From contig PHAI01000003.1 in assembly GCA_002840305.1 (NCBI GenBank), positions 134,908 to 198,907 of the forward strand: a stretch of DNA of 64,000 bases, in the 5' to 3' direction. Below the pieces are notes generated by a model. That model was not told where the DNA came from, did no database searches, and saw only the letters and a program-made list of their open reading frames with translations. The translations under genes and the position numbers were made by a program. Position 1 is the stretch's first letter, and each line of letters begins with the position of its first letter. This stretch comes from Candidatus Falkowbacteria bacterium HGW-Falkowbacteria-1. Its GTDB lineage: Bacteria > Patescibacteriota > Patescibacteriia > Patescibacteriales > UBA12465. This document shows positions 1-9,169 of the stretch, piece by piece.

Positions 1-49
1 CTTGATAAAGCTAAAGCAAGGTTTTCTTTTATAATAAAATCCCTTTTGA

Positions 50-751
50 CTATAAATTTGCAATCAAAGATAAAAAGGCTATGGAGGCGGTTTCACTTCT
101 CAAGACATAAGTATTAAGGCGAACGATTTCGACCTTATTTTTTTTAGCTAATTCAATCTCAGTATTTTCAAACCCACCCTCTGGCCCAATTATAATACTA
201 ACTTTTTTACAATTTTCTTCATTTTTTTTAAAAAATTCGGTAACATTAATTCCTGAGCCATCACCTAAAAAAGTTAAGCCCTCAACCTTAGACCAAATAT
301 CAGAAAATTTAAGTGGTTCAAAAATTAATGGCAGATCTAAACGACCACACTGTTCAACCGCTTCAATAATTATTTTATTTAAACGATCCAAATTAATATC
401 TTTTTTTTCACTTCTCTTAGAAATAATTGGAAAAATTTTAGTAACACCTAGCTCAGTTGCCTTTTGAACAACCCACTCCATTTTATCTTTTTTAATTAAA
501 GATTGAAAAAGAATTATTTCTCTTTTAGGCTTAAATTTATTTTCAATATTTTTTAACCAAATAAAAATAATTATCTTTTTGGAAATTTCCTCAATTTTAT
601 ATAAAAATTCCATTTCTTGGTTAAAAAAAGAAACCTGTTCACCAACTTTCATTTTTAAAACATTTTTAATTTGGTGAAAAATTGGACAATCTTTTAGTTC
701 AATTTTTTTTTCACCAATAAAATTCTCCAAATAAAATCTATTTAATCTCAT
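50..751 (-). CDS. rsmE: 16S rRNA (uracil1498-N3)-methyltransferase RsmE
   Basis: 233-aa ORF with the RsmE/SPOUT signature blocks 'QKATELGV', 'IIGPEGGF' and C-terminal 'LRSETA'. Confidence 0.85.
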   Translation of the reverse strand: MRLNRFYLENFIGEKKIELKDCPIFHQIKNVLKMKVGEQVSFFNQEMEFLYKIEEISKKIIIFIWLKNIENKFKPKREIILFQSLIKKDKMEWVVQKATELGVTKIFPIISKRSEKKDINLDRLNKIIIEAVEQCGRLDLPLIFEPLKFSDIWSKVEGLTFLGDGSGINVTEFFKKNEENCKKVSIIIGPEGGFENTEIELAKKNKVEIVRLNTYVLRSETASIAFLSLIANL

Positions 752-773
752 ATTTTTTATTCTCTTTAAAAAA

Positions 774-2621
774 TTATTCTACAGTCACTGATTTGGCTAG
801 ATTACGCGGCTGGTCAACATTACAACCACGCATTACGGCTATATGATAGGCTAAAAGTTGCAATGGTATGGTCGTTACTAAGGGGTTCAAAATTTCCTCA
901 ACACTTGGGACCTCAATAACATGATCAGCTAACTTCTTAATTTTTGTATCCCCCTCGCTTACAACGGCAATTATTTTCCCTTTTCTAGCTTTAATTTCAC
1001 AAATATTACTAATAATTTTTTCATAAATACTGTCTTTGGGCGCCACTACTATAACTGGCATATTTTCATCTATCAGGGCTATCGGCCCATGCTTCATTTC
1101 CGCCGCCGGATAACCTTCGGCGTGAATATAGGAAATCTCTTTAAGTTTCAACGCACCCTCTAAAGCTACCGGGAAATTAATTCCTCGACCCAAAAATAAA
1201 CAATTATTAACATCCTTGTATTCTTGAGCTATCTTATAAACCTGGTCGTTAACCAATAAGGCTTTTTCTATTAATCTTGGTATATCTTCCAGGGCACTAA
1301 GCAAAATGCTCATTTTTTCTTTACTAATTGTTCCCCTGATTTGTGCCACGGCCAAAGCAATTAAGGTTAAAACTGAAACCTGCGCAGTGAAAGACTTGGT
1401 TGACGCTACACCAATTTCTGGACCAGCATGAGTATAGGCACCAGCATGACTTAATCTAGGAATCGAAGACCCAATAACATTACAAAGCCCAAAAACTGTT
1501 GCTCCTCTTTCTTTGGTCAACTGCATAGCAGCCAAGGTGTCTGCCGTTTCTCCGCTTTGGGAAATGGCAATTACTAAATCTTCTTGATAAACAACCGGAT
1601 TGCGATATCTGAATTCGGAAGCATATTCAACTTCAACCGGCAATCTAGCAATTTCTTCAAAAAGATATTTTCCTACCAATCCGGCATGCCAACTAGTGCC
1701 ACAACCAACAAAAATTAACCTTTTTATATTTTTAAGCTTCTCGCTATAATCCTGTAAACTTCGCATCTCTACCGAAACATCTTTTAAATTTATTCTCCCT
1801 CTAATAGAATCAAAAACTGACTTAGGTTGTTCATAAATTTCCTTCAGCATAAAATGAGGAAAATTGCCCTTTTCAATTTGTTCTAAATCCATTTCAAGTT
1901 TTTGCACAAAAGGATTTTTCACAACATTTTCTATTGTTTTTATTTCCAGTTTTCCTTTATCAACAACAGCTATTTCATTATCATCCAAATAGATAACATC
2001 GCGAGTATATTCTATGATCGGAGTAGCATCGCTTGCCATAAAAAACTCTCCCTTCTCTGAACCAAGTCCTATAACTAAAGGACTGCCTTTTCTAGCGGCT
2101 ATAATTTTGCTTGGATTATTTTTATCCAAAACCACAAGAGCGTAAGCGCCAACAACCTGGCTGAGAGCTAATCTAACAGCGTCTGCAACGTCGATTTTTT
2201 CATTTTTTTGAACATGTTCTATCAAATGAGCCAAAACCTCGGTATCAGTCTCGCTGGCAAATTTATATCCGTTTTTAACAAGCTCTTCTTTTAAGACATT
2301 ATAATTTTCTATGATCCCATTATGAACTATAACTAAATCGCCAGAACCAGAACTATGAGGATGAGCGTTTACATCGCTTGGCTCACCATGAGTTGCCCAG
2401 CGAGTATGCCCTATGCCAATATTTCCATTAGTATTTTTCTTGTTTTCTGAAATGTTTTTTTCCAAATCATCAACTTTTCCTTTAATTTTGTAAATATTTA
2501 AATCTTCGTCAATAATAGCGACCCCGGCACTATCGTAACCACGGTACTCCAGCCTCCTGAGTCCTTTTATTAAAATTGGGTAGGCCTGCTTTGGACCAAT
2601 GTAAGAAACTATTCCACACAT
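774..2621 (-). CDS. glmS: Glutamine--fructose-6-phosphate aminotransferase (isomerizing)
   Basis: 615 aa. N-terminal 'MCGIV' Cys nucleophile, two SIS domains and the canonical C-terminus 'AKSVTVE'. Confidence 0.97.
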   Translation of the reverse strand: MCGIVSYIGPKQAYPILIKGLRRLEYRGYDSAGVAIIDEDLNIYKIKGKVDDLEKNISENKKNTNGNIGIGHTRWATHGEPSDVNAHPHSSGSGDLVIVHNGIIENYNVLKEELVKNGYKFASETDTEVLAHLIEHVQKNEKIDVADAVRLALSQVVGAYALVVLDKNNPSKIIAARKGSPLVIGLGSEKGEFFMASDATPIIEYTRDVIYLDDNEIAVVDKGKLEIKTIENVVKNPFVQKLEMDLEQIEKGNFPHFMLKEIYEQPKSVFDSIRGRINLKDVSVEMRSLQDYSEKLKNIKRLIFVGCGTSWHAGLVGKYLFEEIARLPVEVEYASEFRYRNPVVYQEDLVIAISQSGETADTLAAMQLTKERGATVFGLCNVIGSSIPRLSHAGAYTHAGPEIGVASTKSFTAQVSVLTLIALAVAQIRGTISKEKMSILLSALEDIPRLIEKALLVNDQVYKIAQEYKDVNNCLFLGRGINFPVALEGALKLKEISYIHAEGYPAAEMKHGPIALIDENMPVIVVAPKDSIYEKIISNICEIKARKGKIIAVVSEGDTKIKKLADHVIEVPSVEEILNPLVTTIPLQLLAYHIAVMRGCNVDQPRNLAKSVTVE

Positions 2622-2686
2622 ATATTTTTTAAATTAGTTTATTGTATTTTTATTCTTTTTGTTTATTTTTTAAAAAATTATTTTTG

Positions 2687-2757
2687 TCGGAATGCCCGGA
2701 ATCGAACCGGGGCTACATGCACCCCATGCACGCGTACTACCATTATACTACACTCCG
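2687..2757 (-). tRNA. tRNA-Pro (anticodon GGG)
   Basis: The reverse complement folds as a cloverleaf. Acceptor CGGAGTG/CATTCCG, anticodon stem CGTGC/GCATG with loop AT-GGG-GT, T-arm CCCGG-TTCGATT-CCGGG. No encoded CCA. Confidence 0.85.
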
Positions 2758-2791
2758 AAATTAAAACATAAATCTTTCTTAATTTTACTAT

Positions 2792-3439
2792 TTATTTTTT
2801 AAAGGTAATATAATTTTTATTATTAGTATAAATTATTTCTAAGCCAACTTTCTTGGCAATTTCTTCAAAAGTCTTTAAATTATAAAAACCAATGTGGCTC
2901 ACATCATTGATATACCACCAAGACTTAAATCTCTCATCATCGCTTGGATGAAATAATGTCATAACAGATAAAAGGCCACCATCTTTTAGCAATTTCGCAA
3001 ACTCTAAAAAATAATCCAAAGGATTTTTTAAATGTTCAACTACTTCCGTAGAAACAATTAGGTCATATTTCTTACCTTCATAATTTTTTTCCGGAAAATA
3101 AAAAAGATCATAAATATCAACCGAAAAATTATAATCTTTTTTTAATATTTCTGCCAAAACCGGAGACGGCCCACAACCAAAATCCAAAACATTTTTTGTG
3201 CCAGAACAATACGGGATAATAGCTGTATCAATAAATTTTTTAAAATACTCCACATAGCCCTGATCATCTATCGAATTGTTATGCCTATTATACCTCGCCA
3301 ACTCTTCCTCTGAACTAATTATAAATTCGTCACCCTTAAAAATAAAATCGCAAGACAAACACTGAAAATATTTTATATTAAGTTTCTCGTGAAATATTTC
3401 TCTGGTCTTGTCACCACAAATTTTACAAACATTTTTCAT
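2792..3439 (-). CDS. Class I SAM-dependent methyltransferase with N-terminal zinc ribbon
   Basis: 'CKICG...CLSCDF' Cys4 ribbon followed by the 'VLDFGCGPSP' SAM motif I. I place the start at the ATG at 3439 (MKNVCKICG), not the track start at 3502, which would overlap the upstream gene by 59 nt. Confidence 0.7.
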   Translation of the reverse strand: MKNVCKICGDKTREIFHEKLNIKYFQCLSCDFIFKGDEFIISSEEELARYNRHNNSIDDQGYVEYFKKFIDTAIIPYCSGTKNVLDFGCGPSPVLAEILKKDYNFSVDIYDLFYFPEKNYEGKKYDLIVSTEVVEHLKNPLDYFLEFAKLLKDGGLLSVMTLFHPSDDERFKSWWYINDVSHIGFYNLKTFEEIAKKVGLEIIYTNNKNYITFKK

Positions 3440-3443
3440 ACCT

Positions 3444-4661
3444 TTATTTTTCCAAGACAATAACTTCGCGCCAAACTTTTTGTTCTTCTCTACCATAAAC
3501 AATTGTTCCGTTTAGATCGCTCATGTCCAGAGATAAGGCTGTGAATTCTTTTTCATCAATATCTAGTGTTGGTCGAAAAACAAAATCATCAACATTCGGA
3601 TTTATCTTCCAGATCTTATTTTCAGCTCTAAACTGTGGCCAAACCATAACTATCCTGCCGCCTGGTTTCAACAATTTAAACAAAACTTTTAAAGAACCGG
3701 AGTATAAAACATTTAGCTCTTCAACCACCTCGTCAAAATTTTTAAAACCTCTTTGTGGACCTAAATAAGGCTCGCAAACAATATAATCAAGAGAATTTTC
3801 TTCTAAATTTTTGCTCAAATTTAAAACATCAGCTTGAAAAATGTTTATATTGCTTTTATTTTTATTAAACAAATTTTCTATCCATTCAATATTTTTTTGA
3901 CTATTTAAAACTGCTTTATCTGATAAGTCTGAACCAATTATTTTTTCAAAACCCATCAAATAAGCTTCCATTAGGATAGTGCCAGAGCCACAAAAAGGAT
4001 CAATCAAAACTTTCTTTTTATACTTTTTGTCATCTCTCCTGGCCAAATTAATCATAATTTGAGCTAATTTTGGTGGAATCATACCAGAATGGTCATCGCG
4101 ATTAGGTCGACCGAAATCTCTTTTAGATAAACTTTTAAAATCTTGCACTGCCAAAGTTTTACCTAAAAATACCTTAGTTTTGTCAACCATAAAACATAAT
4201 TCTATGCCGTTTCTTAATAATTTATTCTGCTCCACTACTACGCTAGACAAAATCGGTTCTCTCGACATTACCATGCGACTAGAAATATCTAGCTTCTTTA
4301 AATCTTTTTTGACGGCAAGCCCAAGCTTAAAAAAGTCACCTGACAATTTATTTTTATTATAAAAAGAAAAACCAAAATTAAATTTGCCAGAAACATCGTC
4401 CTGCCGAGCGCTAGAAACTATTGCTTCTTTAACACTGTCTGATAATTTGTGCCTATTCGCTAAGCTGAAATCTGCTACGATTTCGCCTATTTTTATAGTT
4501 CCACCCAAAAGAAGCATCAACTCTTTGATGTCCAAGTCATCTGAAAAGTCAGACAAAACTATAGCCCCGCATCTCTGCCACTTATTTTTTGGAAAAAGAG
4601 CGTTTAGCTCGGCTAAAGACAAGTTAAAATTATTTCCTAAAGCAAAAAAGTATTTTTTCAT
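3444..4661 (-). CDS. Putative RNA (guanine-N2) methyltransferase, UPF0020/Trm11-like
   Basis: 405 aa. 'MIPPKLAQIMINLA', SAM motif 'LIDPFCGSGTILMEA' and the motif IV-like 'CEPYLG'. The substrate is inferred from the family only. Confidence 0.55.
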   Translation of the reverse strand: MKKYFFALGNNFNLSLAELNALFPKNKWQRCGAIVLSDFSDDLDIKELMLLLGGTIKIGEIVADFSLANRHKLSDSVKEAIVSSARQDDVSGKFNFGFSFYNKNKLSGDFFKLGLAVKKDLKKLDISSRMVMSREPILSSVVVEQNKLLRNGIELCFMVDKTKVFLGKTLAVQDFKSLSKRDFGRPNRDDHSGMIPPKLAQIMINLARRDDKKYKKKVLIDPFCGSGTILMEAYLMGFEKIIGSDLSDKAVLNSQKNIEWIENLFNKNKSNINIFQADVLNLSKNLEENSLDYIVCEPYLGPQRGFKNFDEVVEELNVLYSGSLKVLFKLLKPGGRIVMVWPQFRAENKIWKINPNVDDFVFRPTLDIDEKEFTALSLDMSDLNGTIVYGREEQKVWREVIVLEK

Positions 4662-4736
4662 TATTTTTAATGATTATTATTTTATAAAACAATTATAACA
4701 CTAAAAAATCAAATAAAAAAGACCAATTAACACCTC

Positions 4737-4765
4737 TTGATTTTTTTATTTAAGTATTATATAAT
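4737..4765 (+). promoter_or_regulatory. Sigma70-type promoter (TTGATT-17 bp-TATAAT) about 230 nt upstream of rpsF
   Basis: -35 TTGATT at 4737-4742, exact 17-bp spacer, -10 TATAAT at 4760-4765. Confidence 0.5.
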
Positions 4766-4997
4766 AAACTCAAATTAAACAACCTTTCCCATGTCCTTTA
4801 TTTTTAAAGGTCAATTCTGCCAAAAGAGCAGAATTAAAGGTATTCTATAGAAACCCATTTTCTTTGAATACTTTGGGTTTTTTTGTTTAAAAAGCTCAAT
4901 ATTGAGCTTTAGAGAATTTAATAATTTAAGATAAAAATGTCATTTAAGCTTTAACTTTAATTTTAGTTAAATTTAAAAACATTTTGCTAAAGTTTTT

Positions 4998-5510
4998 ATG
5001 TCAAAAACAAAAGCTTCTGGTCTCATCCATTATGAAATTTTGTTTATTATTCCAAACAAATTCACCGATGATGAGGCTCAAAAAGTTTTCAAGAAGGTTG
5101 GAGGGATAATAGTTTCCAACGATGGAAAAATTTCCATGGAAGATTATTGGGGAAAAAGAAAATTCGCATACCCAATAAATCACGAGTATTATGGCTATTA
5201 CGGCCTTTATGAGTTTGATCTAGAAAGGAATTTAATCGCCAAAATAAACGACACCCTAAGATTGGATAAGGAGGTTGTTAGGTTTATAATTGTTAAAAAG
5301 GAAGTCAAAAGTGAAGAACAAATTAAAAAGGACAAAAAGATAAAAGAAAAAATAGAAAACAAGAAAAACGAAGAAATAGAAAACAAAAAAGAAGAAGTAA
5401 AAAAGGAAATCAAAAAAACTTCAAAGAAAAAAGACGGTGGTGAGAAACTAGATTTAAAAAATCTAGATGAAAAACTAGAAGACGTCTTAAATATCGATAA
5501 TTTATTGTAA
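4998..5510 (+). CDS. rpsF: 30S ribosomal protein S6 with long Lys/Glu-rich C-terminal tail
   Basis: N-terminal 'YEILFIIPN...EDYWGKRKFAYPI' S6 fold and the rpsF-ssb-rpsR gene order. The roughly 70-aa K/E-rich tail is not part of canonical S6. Confidence 0.9.
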   Translation: MSKTKASGLIHYEILFIIPNKFTDDEAQKVFKKVGGIIVSNDGKISMEDYWGKRKFAYPINHEYYGYYGLYEFDLERNLIAKINDTLRLDKEVVRFIIVKKEVKSEEQIKKDKKIKEKIENKKNEEIENKKEEVKKEIKKTSKKKDGGEKLDLKNLDEKLEDVLNIDNLL

Positions 5511-5564
5511 GCTTTACAATTAATTTTTATTTAATATAAGCTTTATATTAAATAAGCAAAAAAT

Positions 5565-6005
5565 ATGTATTCTCTAAACAAAGCTATGGTTATTGGCAAT
5601 TTGACCAGAGACCCAGAAATAAGAAACACAAATTCAGGCCAAACCGTTACTTCTTTTTCTGTGGCCACTAATTTTAACTGGACTGACCAAAGTGGACAAC
5701 AACAAAGCAAGGCTGAATTTCACAATATAATTGCCTGGAGGAAGTTAGGAGAAATCTGTGGGCAATATTTAACCAAGGGAACAAAAGTTTATATTGAGGG
5801 TCGAATTCAAACCAACGAATGGACAGGACAAGACAATGTTAAACGTCAGAGGACAGAAATAGTTGCCGAAAATATGATTATCTTGAGCCCAAAGTCAGGT
5901 GGAGGGCCAATCAAAGATGGCGGCAAAAATAATGAAATTGACGAAATTATCATCCCAGAAAGCGAAAGTGAAGACGAAATAAAAATAGAAGATATTCCAT
6001 TCTAA
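5565..6005 (+). CDS. ssb: Single-stranded DNA-binding protein
   Basis: OB-fold start 'NKAMVIGNLTRDPEIR' and an acidic tail ending 'EDIPF'. Confidence 0.92.
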   Translation: MYSLNKAMVIGNLTRDPEIRNTNSGQTVTSFSVATNFNWTDQSGQQQSKAEFHNIIAWRKLGEICGQYLTKGTKVYIEGRIQTNEWTGQDNVKRQRTEIVAENMIILSPKSGGGPIKDGGKNNEIDEIIIPESESEDEIKIEDIPF

Positions 6006-6063
6006 ATAAAAAATTAAATAAAAAAAGTAGCCTAAAAAGCTCAAAAAATAAGAAAATAAAACT

Positions 6064-6279
6064 ATGAACAACAAAAAGAAAACAAAGGAGTGCCATTTTT
6101 GCACAAATAATTCCAATCCTGATTACAAAGACTCAAAAACTTTGTATGGTTTTGTCAATTATTATATGAAAATTATTGGTAAAAAAAGAACAGGCATCTG
6201 TTCTTGGCATCAAAGAAAATTAACCACGGCCATTAAAAGAGCGAGAAAAATGGCATTGCTTGGATTCACTCATAAATAA
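6064..6279 (+). CDS. rpsR: 30S ribosomal protein S18
   Basis: 71 aa. 'CHFC...DYKD...TGICSWHQRKLTTAIKRARKMALL'. Confidence 0.92.
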   Translation: MNNKKKTKECHFCTNNSNPDYKDSKTLYGFVNYYMKIIGKKRTGICSWHQRKLTTAIKRARKMALLGFTHK

Positions 6280-6285
6280 AAAGAT

Positions 6286-6843
6286 ATGTTAAGTTTAAAC
6301 GAAATAAAAACTGGAAAAGTTTTAGACATAAACAACGAACCATACATAATAGTAAAAACTGACCATCACAAAACAGGAAGAAGCGGGGCCGTATTAAAAG
6401 TCAAAATGAAAAATCTTATAAACGGCACCGTACTGGAAAAGACCTACCAAGGAAGTGATAAAGCCGAAGAAGCCAAGACGGAAACAAAAAAAGCTAATTT
6501 CATGTACAAAGACCAGAGCGAAGCTTACTTTATGGACAATACTAGCTTTGAACAATTTTCCTTGTCCTTGGAAGACTTAGGGTCTCAAGAAAAATATTTA
6601 AAGGAAGAAACTGATGTCGATGTTTTATATTTCAACGACAACCCAGTATCAATCAGTCTCCCAATAAAAATGGATTTCAAAGTAGTTAGCGCTCCTCCTG
6701 GAGTAAAGGGAAATTCTAGCGGAAATGTTAACAAACAAGTAGAATTAGAAACCGGGGCGATGATTACTGTTCCTCTTTTTATAAATGAAGGAGACGTCAT
6801 TAGAATAAACACTGACACAGAAGAATACGTTGAAAGAGCCTAG
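6286..6843 (+). CDS. efp: Elongation factor P
   Basis: 185 aa. 'LNEIKTGKVL...PYIIVKTDHHKTGRSGAVLKVKMKNL' and three OB-like domains. Confidence 0.93.
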   Translation: MLSLNEIKTGKVLDINNEPYIIVKTDHHKTGRSGAVLKVKMKNLINGTVLEKTYQGSDKAEEAKTETKKANFMYKDQSEAYFMDNTSFEQFSLSLEDLGSQEKYLKEETDVDVLYFNDNPVSISLPIKMDFKVVSAPPGVKGNSSGNVNKQVELETGAMITVPLFINEGDVIRINTDTEEYVERA

Positions 6844-6863
6844 ATAAATTTTTTAAATAAAAA

Positions 6864-6895
6864 AGCATCGCTTCTTAATTGGCGATGCTTTTTTA
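6864..6895. terminator. Bidirectional rho-independent terminator between efp and the DUF333 gene
   Basis: Stem AGCATCGC (6864-6871) pairs with GCGATGCT (6882-6889). It is flanked by an A-run upstream and a T-run downstream, and sits between convergent genes. Confidence 0.8.
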
Positions 6896-6940
6896 TTTAA
6901 AAAGTTAAAATATAAACTACTACTGTTTTTCTTTCCAAGA

Positions 6941-7429
6941 TTATTCTAAGGCAGGACAATCTCCGTTATAGAATTTTTCTACTGAACACTCTACTCCATC
7001 GCTCAAAACACAAACATCTTGTAGTTGATTGGATAGTTTACCTCCAGACCAGACGCAATATTTTTGATTAGTATTATTAAAACTATTTGTTTCAACGCCA
7101 CCCACTGGGCAATTACCTCTAAATAAAGCCCATTCTTCGCAAGCCATATCATTTTCAAAATAACATAAACCATATTCACCTCCGTCACCGCGCTTTTCAA
7201 TCACCAGATTGCCACCCAACTTTACGCAATTACTTGAAGCCGGATTAGCCAATTGAGAATTGTTGTTTGGTAGCGAAGGATCTGCATCAACCATATTTCC
7301 GATTTCGTTATCCTTAACAACATCACTCACCGAATTATCAGTCTTATTCATTTTCGATAAGACAACTAAAACCATTATCGCCACAACAAACAAGGCGACG
7401 AGAATTAATATTTTTTCAAATTTTTTCAT
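6941..7429 (-). CDS. Membrane-anchored DUF333 (putative hemolysin-like) domain protein
   Basis: N-terminal TM helix, then 'ANPASSNCVKLGG...GLCYFENDMACEEWALFRGNCP' (DUF333 signature). A second Cys-rich half-repeat follows. Confidence 0.65.
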   Translation of the reverse strand: MKKFEKILILVALFVVAIMVLVVLSKMNKTDNSVSDVVKDNEIGNMVDADPSLPNNNSQLANPASSNCVKLGGNLVIEKRGDGGEYGLCYFENDMACEEWALFRGNCPVGGVETNSFNNTNQKYCVWSGGKLSNQLQDVCVLSDGVECSVEKFYNGDCPALE

Positions 7430-7452
7430 ATATTTAAACCTAAAATAATTTA

Positions 7453-9165
7453 TTATTTTCTTTCTGTTTCTAGTAAGTCATCAAAGCCAATTTCATTGGA
7501 CACACTTATATTTCCATCGCCCATTAAAACTGGCAAAACATTAGGTCCGTCAAAATTATTATAACGATCGAAGAACTCTTTAACGGCCGGGATAACTACG
7601 TTCTTCTTATAAAAATATGAATCTTTTGACTGCGAAATAACTGGGAATACATAAGCCGGGACATATAATTCTTGACTAATCATGGAATAATTATCGTAAT
7701 TCCAAATCTTTACTAAATCCAATCTTGGTGCTCCCAATTCAATATCAATAACCTCATAATTAAAGTCATCTTCAAAATAATCATAATAAGGATATTCACC
7801 GCCCCTATAAACAAGCTCCATTATTTTATCTTTGTTCGTTTCAGTCTCATAGCTAGAACTTTCATACTGTTGATAAAACAAACCATAGAGTCCCGCAACT
7901 TTTTTCTCCCTAATATCAACATCAACGCTCAAGCCTGTTTTTTGACCATACTCTTCATAAACGGTCCTGCCTTCAATTGTCAAAGGATAAATAACGCTTA
8001 TACTCTCAGGAATATAGTAAGAAGCTTTGTCAGATGATAAATAGTAATCTCTCATCCATTCGTTTTGAACTTCCCCTGGGCCATAATTACTTATATCAAT
8101 TTTATAATTTTTTAAAAAATCATCACTAATCTGTAAAATTTCTTGATTACTTAAAACCTCATTAAAAGACAACTGATAATCTTCGAAGCATTGATAATTT
8201 TCCCAACCGCCGCATAAGGTTTCGGCCCTAGGCCATCTTTTCCAGTTTTTATAAAGTGAAAAACTTCCATCCTCTAAACCGAAGTATACACTATAGCCAA
8301 AATCTCGATCTTCAAGCAAGTTAAAATTGGATATTCCAACATCAGTAAATTTACTGAAATCTACCAAAGAAAAACTTTTGCCAATAAAATCATTGGCTAA
8401 TTCTTTTGACAAATTAGGAACGGTTTTTTTAAAAACATCTTCTTCGGATTTAAACATGTCAAAATCACCACCGGTATATATGTAATTATATCTAACTGGC
8501 ATTCGCATTACAGACATTTCATCTCCACTAACACCATTTTCAAAATTGAGGATATCTTCAGTTTGAGGCGCGCTGGCAAAGCTTCCACCAGCACCAAACC
8601 CAGAAGTATCGCTAGACATCATCTTGATGGCTTCGCTTGAAGCGCCCAAAGGACGAGAGGAAATAGCCGAAGATGATTCCTGAAAAGATGTAGATAAAGA
8701 TGTAGATTGAGAATATAGAGATCCAAAGCTATTTTTGTCCTTCTTTACTATTTTAGTCTCACTTAGAATATCTAAATACTTATTTTGAAAATCATTTTTT
8801 GAAATATCTGGACTTTGCTTTTGTAATTCTACAAAAGAAAAACTAACAACCAAAAGCAAAAGAACCGAAACTATAACAAAAGAACGAGAAAGATCAAACA
8901 AAAAATTAAAGGAAAAGAAATAATCTTTGTTTTTCTTTTCTTCAATTCCTTTTTTTACATCTTTTTTGCTTCTAACTACATTTTTTTCTTCCATTTTTAA
9001 CATATTCCTCAAGTCTTCGATAAATCTACTGTCCGGTTTAATTTCCGGTTGCAAAAGCAAAAGCTCCTTTATAATTTTAGCTATTTTTTTCTCATGCTTT
9101 TTAAATTCTGGATCGATTTTGTACAAATCGTCCAAAATATCTTTTATTTTTTTGTCACTTTTCAT
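7453..9165 (-). CDS. Putative anti-sigma factor / single-pass membrane protein
   Basis: 570 aa. Short cytoplasmic N-terminus, one TM ('FVIVSVLLLLVVSF') and a large extracytoplasmic domain. Lies 4 nt downstream of the ECF sigma gene. The role is inferred from position only. Confidence 0.4.
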   Translation of the reverse strand: MKSDKKIKDILDDLYKIDPEFKKHEKKIAKIIKELLLLQPEIKPDSRFIEDLRNMLKMEEKNVVRSKKDVKKGIEEKKNKDYFFSFNFLFDLSRSFVIVSVLLLLVVSFSFVELQKQSPDISKNDFQNKYLDILSETKIVKKDKNSFGSLYSQSTSLSTSFQESSSAISSRPLGASSEAIKMMSSDTSGFGAGGSFASAPQTEDILNFENGVSGDEMSVMRMPVRYNYIYTGGDFDMFKSEEDVFKKTVPNLSKELANDFIGKSFSLVDFSKFTDVGISNFNLLEDRDFGYSVYFGLEDGSFSLYKNWKRWPRAETLCGGWENYQCFEDYQLSFNEVLSNQEILQISDDFLKNYKIDISNYGPGEVQNEWMRDYYLSSDKASYYIPESISVIYPLTIEGRTVYEEYGQKTGLSVDVDIREKKVAGLYGLFYQQYESSSYETETNKDKIMELVYRGGEYPYYDYFEDDFNYEVIDIELGAPRLDLVKIWNYDNYSMISQELYVPAYVFPVISQSKDSYFYKKNVVIPAVKEFFDRYNNFDGPNVLPVLMGDGNISVSNEIGFDDLLETERK

Positions 9166-9169
9166 AAAT

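Noticed and set aside
3523-4698. Plus-strand ORFs 3523-3768, 4180-4362 and 4384-4698
   Set aside because: They are antisense shadows of the 405-aa methyltransferase gene.
5001-6116. Minus-strand ORFs 5001-5183, 5207-5413 and 5895-6116
   Set aside because: They are antisense to rpsF, ssb and rpsR, with Phe/Ser/Leu-rich shadow translations.
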